Assembly (NCBI GenBank): GCA_963768055.1
Contig: CAVYGN010000001.1
Span: 53,590-117,589, forward strand
Reading direction: 5' to 3'
DNA: 64,000 nucleotides
From: an uncultured Spirochaetota bacterium
GTDB lineage: Bacteria > Spirochaetota > Brevinematia > Brevinematales > JAOACQ01
Made by a program: the position numbers and the translations under genes. This document shows, one piece after another, positions 58,994-64,000 of the stretch (positions within the stretch are counted from its first letter, which is position 1; each line of letters opens with the position of its first letter). A model generated the notes under the pieces. The model was not told the DNA's origin and searched no databases. It saw only the letters and a program-made list of their open reading frames with translations.

Positions 58994-59851
58994 ATGAACA
59001 TATTTATAATTATTCTCCTCGCTGTAGTCCAGGGAATGGCGGAGCTTCTGCCTATATCGAGTTCAGCGCATGTCATTCTTGTTGAAAAATTCCTGGGCTT
59101 AAACCCCTCTTCCCCCGAAATGACTTTTTTACTTGTTATGCTCCATACCGGGACTATGTTTGCCGTTCTTATATATTTCTGGCCCCGCTGGAAAAGATTA
59201 TTGTCAAAAGAAAATCCCAACCGATGGAATTTTGTCAGGATGGTGATTTACAGTACGGCAGCTACGGGAATAGTTGGACTGGGGCTATTATATTTAATTG
59301 AAAAATATGGATCCCCCGGAAAATCGGTAGAAGACATATTCGGCAACACTTTAATAATAGGGACCGCTCTCGGAGCTGCGGGAATATTAATTATCGTTTC
59401 AGGGCTTTTTAATAGGAATATAGAAAAAGATAAAATCGATTTCGATTCAAAAAATTATGAGTTAAAAAATTCCTTTCTTGTAGGGATTGTCCAGGGTCTG
59501 GCTCTTCCCTTCCGCGGATTTTCAAGATCGGGTTCGACTATATCAACCTCCATTCTGCTTGGACTGCCTAAAGGCTTCTCCGAAGATTATAGTTTTATCC
59601 TCGCACTTATTATAACCCCGCCGGTCATTATCCGTGAATTTTTACGTCTCAGGCATTTTGCCGGGGCGAATATAAGCCTTCCTTATTTACCGGGAATATT
59701 GGGAATGATATTCAGCTTTTTTGCCGGCCTATTAGCAATTAAATGGCTTTCATCATGGCTTGAAAAAGGCCGCTGGTCTATATTCGGCTGCTACTGCCTC
59801 GTTCTCTCCGCATTTATCCTGACTATGACGGGTTTGAATATTCTCAGGTAA
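58994..59851 (+). CDS. uppP: undecaprenyl-diphosphate phosphatase
   Basis: VQGMAELLPISSSAH, FRGFSRSGSTI. Confidence 0.92.
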   Translation: MNIFIIILLAVVQGMAELLPISSSAHVILVEKFLGLNPSSPEMTFLLVMLHTGTMFAVLIYFWPRWKRLLSKENPNRWNFVRMVIYSTAATGIVGLGLLYLIEKYGSPGKSVEDIFGNTLIIGTALGAAGILIIVSGLFNRNIEKDKIDFDSKNYELKNSFLVGIVQGLALPFRGFSRSGSTISTSILLGLPKGFSEDYSFILALIITPPVIIREFLRLRHFAGANISLPYLPGILGMIFSFFAGLLAIKWLSSWLEKGRWSIFGCYCLVLSAFILTMTGLNILR

Positions 59852-61547
59852 TATCCGCCGGATCCCCCTGATAAATATCGCTATTCGCCTGGTTGACCGC
59901 GGTGAATTCGTAGGTCTTGTAACCGCCGGACAGATTAAAAACACTATCGAAGCCGCTCTGGGTCAGGATACGTGCGGCAGTATAAGCCCTTAAACCAACT
60001 CCGCAGAATACTATGATCTTCTTATCCTTAGGCAATTCGGGAAGGCGCCCCCGGATTTCATCAACCGGAATATTTACCGCGTCTTCGATGGTCCCTTTCC
60101 TGTATTCCTCTTCCGTCCTGACATCCACCAGGATTGTTTTAGAGGGATCCCGACTCATTATATCGTACCATTGAACAATTTTTACTTTTCCTTTAAGGAT
60201 ATTATCCGCTGTAAAACCGGCTATATTGACGGGATCTTTTGCGGACGAATAAGGAGGAGCGTAGCTTTGTTCCATCATCTCAAGATCGTAAACGGTTTTA
60301 CCGTTCAAGAGAAAAGCGGCGATGACGTCGATCCTTTTATCTACCCCTCTGTACCCGACGATCTGGGCGCCCAGGATTTTTCCATCATCGGGAGAAAAAA
60401 GTATTTTGATAGACATGGGGGCCGCATTCGGGTAATAGAGAGCATGGGAAGAGCTGTGTGTTATCGATGCCATATACGGAATGTTTTCCCTTCTGAGAAG
60501 TTTTTCGGAAGCGCCAGCCGATGCAACTGCAAGGTCGAACACCTTCACAATAGCCGTTCCTATAGAGCCGATATATTTCGAATTATTTCCGTAAACGATA
60601 TTGTCGGCGGCAATCCTTCCCTGCTTATTGGCAGGCCCGGCAAGGGGCATCAAAACCTTTTTGCCGATTACCGGGTTGGTAACTTCTATCGCATCCCCCA
60701 CCGCATATATATCGAGATCGCTTGTCTGAAGATATTCGTTTACCTCAATTCCCCCGAGTTCTCCGGTTTTAAGCCCCGATTCCCGGGCCAGTTTGATTTC
60801 CGGTTTAACTCCGATAGATATTATTGCCATGTCCGCGAAGAGTTCCTTTCCGCCGCCCAGGACAACGGATAATCTGTTTTCCCCGGGGTTTTTAAATGCT
60901 TTAACGCCCTCCTTAAGGAACAATTCCACTTTCTTCGTTTTTAAATGATGATGGATCATTGAAGCCATTTCGAAATCCAGAATGTTCATGACCTGATCGG
61001 ACATTTCGACTATTGTTACTAAAACCCCTCTTTTCTCAAGTGTTTCAGCCATTTCAAGACCGATAAAGCCGGCCCCTACGATAACCGCCCTTTCCGGTTT
61101 TTTAGTATCGATAAAATCTTTTATGGAATCGGTATCCTGAATGCTCCTGAGCGTAAAAATACCTTCGCCGTCTATTCCCGGGATAGGGGGAATTACAGGT
61201 TCGGCCCCCGGTGAAACAACTAATTTATCATATTTTTCACTATAAACTTCCCCTGAACCGGTTTTTTTTACTTCGATTGTCTTTACGGCCCTGTTTATTT
61301 TAATAATATCGGATTTCAGGCGTACATCCACATTGAACCTTGCCTTGAAACCTTCCGGGGTCTGAACGAAAAGATCGTCCCTGTCGGGGATCACTCCGCT
61401 TATATAATACGGCAACCCGCAATTTGCATATGAAATATAATCCCCCCTCTCGAAAAGGACGATATCCGCTTTTTCATCGTTTCTTCTGAGCCTTGCGGCG
61501 GCCGTCGCTCCCCCGGCTACTCCGCCTACTATTAAATACCTGGACAT
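59844..61547 (-). CDS. CoA-disulfide reductase with rhodanese domain
   Basis: GGVAGGA, SYANCGLPY, GAGFIGLE, YAPPYSSAKDP, VFCGVGLR. Confidence 0.9.
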   Translation of the reverse strand: MSRYLIVGGVAGGATAAARLRRNDEKADIVLFERGDYISYANCGLPYYISGVIPDRDDLFVQTPEGFKARFNVDVRLKSDIIKINRAVKTIEVKKTGSGEVYSEKYDKLVVSPGAEPVIPPIPGIDGEGIFTLRSIQDTDSIKDFIDTKKPERAVIVGAGFIGLEMAETLEKRGVLVTIVEMSDQVMNILDFEMASMIHHHLKTKKVELFLKEGVKAFKNPGENRLSVVLGGGKELFADMAIISIGVKPEIKLARESGLKTGELGGIEVNEYLQTSDLDIYAVGDAIEVTNPVIGKKVLMPLAGPANKQGRIAADNIVYGNNSKYIGSIGTAIVKVFDLAVASAGASEKLLRRENIPYMASITHSSSHALYYPNAAPMSIKILFSPDDGKILGAQIVGYRGVDKRIDVIAAFLLNGKTVYDLEMMEQSYAPPYSSAKDPVNIAGFTADNILKGKVKIVQWYDIMSRDPSKTILVDVRTEEEYRKGTIEDAVNIPVDEIRGRLPELPKDKKIIVFCGVGLRAYTAARILTQSGFDSVFNLSGGYKTYEFTAVNQANSDIYQGDPADIT

Positions 61548-61652
61548 AAGAAATTCCTCCTGAAAACATTAAATACAGTACTTAGAATTGAATATAATTA
61601 TTAAATGAAGAAATTGCAAAGTCATTTTATAACCTTGAAAAATATAAAAAAT

Positions 61653-61705
61653 TCCCTCGCCAGTTTAATTGTAATAATAGTCAAGCCGGATAGACTGGCG
61701 AGGGA
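61653..61705. terminator. 12-bp inverted repeat, terminator-like on the minus strand
   Basis: TCCCTCGCCAGT/ACTGGCGAGGGA followed on the minus strand by ATTTTTATATTTTT. Confidence 0.45.
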
Positions 61706-61728
61706 CAATTTATAGGGAGGAAAGATTT

Positions 61729-62652
61729 TTATCTGAACCTGGCCCTCTCATCCAGGGGGATAAGTAAAATCACTATCCTTCTGTTTTGGGCCTTCCCTTC
61801 CTCGGTATCGTTCGAAGCAACCGGATTATACTCGCCGTACCCGGTCGCTTTTAACAGGGTGGGATCGATACCCTGGCTTTGCAGATAACGAACGATCGTT
61901 GTCGCCCTTGCAGTGGAAAGTTCCCAGTTTGATGGAAATTTCCACCGATAGCCAGGAGCTATCGGAACATTATCAGTATAACCCTCAATGCGGATCTGTT
62001 TATTTGTAATACTTTTTAATACCTTTGCCACTTTATCAAGGGTTCTCTTACCGCTGTTTTTAATGTCGGCGCTGCCCGAATCGAAGAAAATTTTATCCTG
62101 GAAATCTACGCTTAACATGTCGCCCATTTGCTTGATTTTTAAATCTCCGCTAGCAATTTCTATCTGCATAGCTGCTTCGAGTTTATTATGGGTTTCAGTA
62201 ATGTTGGATATTTCCTGGTTTTTTTCCTGAAGAAGCTTTGCCTGCTCTGCCGATAGGGATTTGATCGTCTTTTGCAGATCATTTATTTGTCCATCCCTAT
62301 TGCTTATCTCATTTTGCAAATATGATTTCTTTAGATTGTTGTCTTTAATGGACTCATTCAAACTGTCAATTTGCTTTCCCAGTGCGCTTTTCGTCGAGTC
62401 TACAAGATTCTTTAAAGCGATATTATCATTTGAGTATATTGCAGCCTGCTTCTGAAGACTATCCCTCTGATCCTGAAGGGAAGCTATATCGTTTTTCCGT
62501 TGATTCAGATCGTTCGCCAGATTCTGGTTTTCTGCCGTCAGATTATCGTTATCCGCCTTTAACTTGGCAAACTCTTCAGGTTTTATAGATGAACAACTGC
62601 CCAGAATTATAAGTAAAGATGAAAGTGATGCGAGCCATAAAAATTGTTTCAT
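61729..62652 (-). CDS. OmpA/MotB-family lipoprotein with coiled coil
   Basis: LGSC lipobox; FFDSGSA, IEGYTDN, NWELSTARA, NRRIVI. Confidence 0.9.
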   Translation of the reverse strand: MKQFLWLASLSSLLIILGSCSSIKPEEFAKLKADNDNLTAENQNLANDLNQRKNDIASLQDQRDSLQKQAAIYSNDNIALKNLVDSTKSALGKQIDSLNESIKDNNLKKSYLQNEISNRDGQINDLQKTIKSLSAEQAKLLQEKNQEISNITETHNKLEAAMQIEIASGDLKIKQMGDMLSVDFQDKIFFDSGSADIKNSGKRTLDKVAKVLKSITNKQIRIEGYTDNVPIAPGYRWKFPSNWELSTARATTIVRYLQSQGIDPTLLKATGYGEYNPVASNDTEEGKAQNRRIVILLIPLDERARFR

Positions 62653-63046
62653 ATAAACCTCCTTTGGATTTATCTTTATTTTACTAACGATTGTAACAGG
62701 AGTAATCAGGAATATTTACTGATTTATGAATATCATGCTCAGGAAATTAAACTGATTTTTAATAAAAAGCGTAGGGGATTATTACTGATTGGCATTATTT
62801 ACCGAATGAATCGACCATCTTTATTAATTCATTTTTATTCTTTGAACCTGTTTTCTGATAAATATGATAAACATGTGTTTCGACGGTTTTATTCGAGATG
62901 AAAAGCTTGTCTGAAATTTCCTTATAACTGTATCTTTGTACCAGAAGTTCAAGTATATCGCATTCCCTTTTCGATATTTTATGTTTTTCAGCAAATTCTT
63001 TAATGGGGGTAACAACATCATAGCTGTAACCAGGGGCAAAGTAGCT

Positions 63047-63206
63047 CTATATTGGGAATTTCTTAATAACTTCATTATATTTCTCTTGAGCCTCGACTAT
63101 AGAAAGTTTTGAATATATCTCGAGCGTCTTTCGGCTCTCATGTCCGCTATAAGGTTGTATCAAAGCATCATCAATACCTTGCTTTTTGAGCCATGTGAAA
63201 AGGAAA
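63047..63206 (-). pseudogene. C-terminal remnant of a tyrosine recombinase
   Basis: [34 protein letters not shown]: GH...Y catalytic region; stop abuts the left IR. Confidence 0.8.
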
Positions 63207-63287
63207 GCCCGTGGATTGAAACTGGAAAGACACATATTCTATCGCCGCCCCCATCGTCGGGCCCCACGCGGGCCCGTGGATTGAAAC
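63207..63287 (+). CRISPR. CRISPR remnant: 16-nt partial repeat, 33-nt spacer, full 32-nt repeat (type I-C-like)
   Basis: GCCCGTGGATTGAAAC / TGGAAAGACACATATTCTATCGCCGCCCCCATC / GTCGGGCCCCACGCGGGCCCGTGGATTGAAAC; hairpin-forming repeat ending ATTGAAAC. Confidence 0.8.
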
Positions 63288-64000
63288 CATTAAGGTAATC
63301 CGAATGTTTAATTCACGGAACATAAAAAAATCATCCGGTAGATTAATTGAAAGCTACTTTGCCCCTGGTTACAGCTATGATGTTGTTACCCCTAATGGGC
63401 AGTCCGGGCTCTTCCTTTATTTTTCCGGGCACTGTGATATATAGATAATAAGTATTAACGATAGTAAACAATAATATTCCATAACCGAGGGTATCCTGCT
63501 GGCCGATAAATAAGACTGTCAGGCTGATCGTATAAATTTTATTCTGGATAATATAAATCAGATATGAAAATAGCAGGATTGAAGAGCTCAATAAAAACAC
63601 AATGGATTTCAATCGGTCTTTTTTAATAAAATAAGCTGAAATAAATATATTGAATGCCAGGCCGGCCAATAATAAAATGTAATAAATCGATAGAATGTAA
63701 TTAAGCGATACCCAGTTAACCGGTAAGGTTAATGATATGATTATTAGTATAAAAACAGCGGAAATGATCCTGAAGATAGCCCTGCTTTGACTTTTAAAAA
63801 AAAGATATATGAACAGGGCGTTTATAAGGAACAGTTTTGCATAAAGTAAAATTATTTGTATTTTAATAAGCAAATCGGCTGAAATATCCGAAAGAAAATT
63901 AAGAGTTTCTCCCCTGCCGACTAAATTCAGGGCCTGGATAAATGCAAATAAACTCAGTATCAAAAAAGCGTAATTTTTCCTGTTCCCGAGCAGTAAGAGT

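Larger units (their letters stand above)
63006..63392. mobile_element. 387-bp non-autonomous Tn3-family-like element
   Basis: 41/41 perfect terminal IRs GGGGTAACAACATCATAGCTGTAACCAGGGGCAAAGTAGCT; 5-bp TSD TAATG at 63001-63005 and 63393-63397. Confidence 0.92.
62795..64000 (-). pseudogene. membrane-anchored LuxR-type regulator interrupted by the 63006..63392 element (5' end beyond window)
   Basis: Removing the element and one TAATG restores the frame ..EEPGLPI|KEFAEKHKISKRECDILELLVQRYSYKEISDKLFISNKTVETHVYHIYQKTGSKNKNELIKMVDSFGK*. Confidence 0.92.

Noticed and set aside
60171-60872. 233-aa plus-strand ORF
   Set aside because: Antisense shadow of the CoA-disulfide reductase; the other long antisense ORFs in the track were dismissed likewise
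62824-63075. 83-aa ORF as an independent gene
   Set aside because: Wrong frame across the IR; the LuxR HTH is in a different frame
63207-63287. A complete functional CRISPR-Cas locus
   Set aside because: Only 1.5 repeats, no leader and no cas genes in the window; reported as a remnant

Overview
64 kb of chromosomal DNA from a diderm bacterium with mid-40s %GC, likely an anaerobe. The Ser-linker lipoproteins, OmpA/MotB, TonB-dependent receptor and PilZ proteins are compatible with Spirochaetota, but that assignment is inference only. No rRNA or tRNA genes were seen. All calls were made by eye from motifs; no database search was run. Main content: (1) A mercury-methylation locus (MarR-hgcA-hgcB, with an hgcC-like gene 12 kb away). 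It lies downstream of a co-directional run of a SigZ-like ECF sigma factor, a GH5, an uncalled 44-aa Cys-rich mini-protein and a GH1; the run carries three copies of one ECF-type promoter. (2) An Nramp-type Mg2+ transporter/MgtE-like operon with an uncalled Pro-rich leader ORF whose EPP codons can pair with the downstream Shine-Dalgarno. (3) A 387-bp Tn3-like mini-element (41-bp perfect IRs, 5-bp TSD) that splits a LuxR regulator and carries a tyrosine-recombinase tail fused to the trailer end of a type I-C-like CRISPR array. (4) An intact IS21 element and an IS1380 scar. (5) An APC permease-PII fusion, an AT-rich SbcCD-like pair, two ABC operons, several Ser-linker lipoproteins and several pseudogenes.
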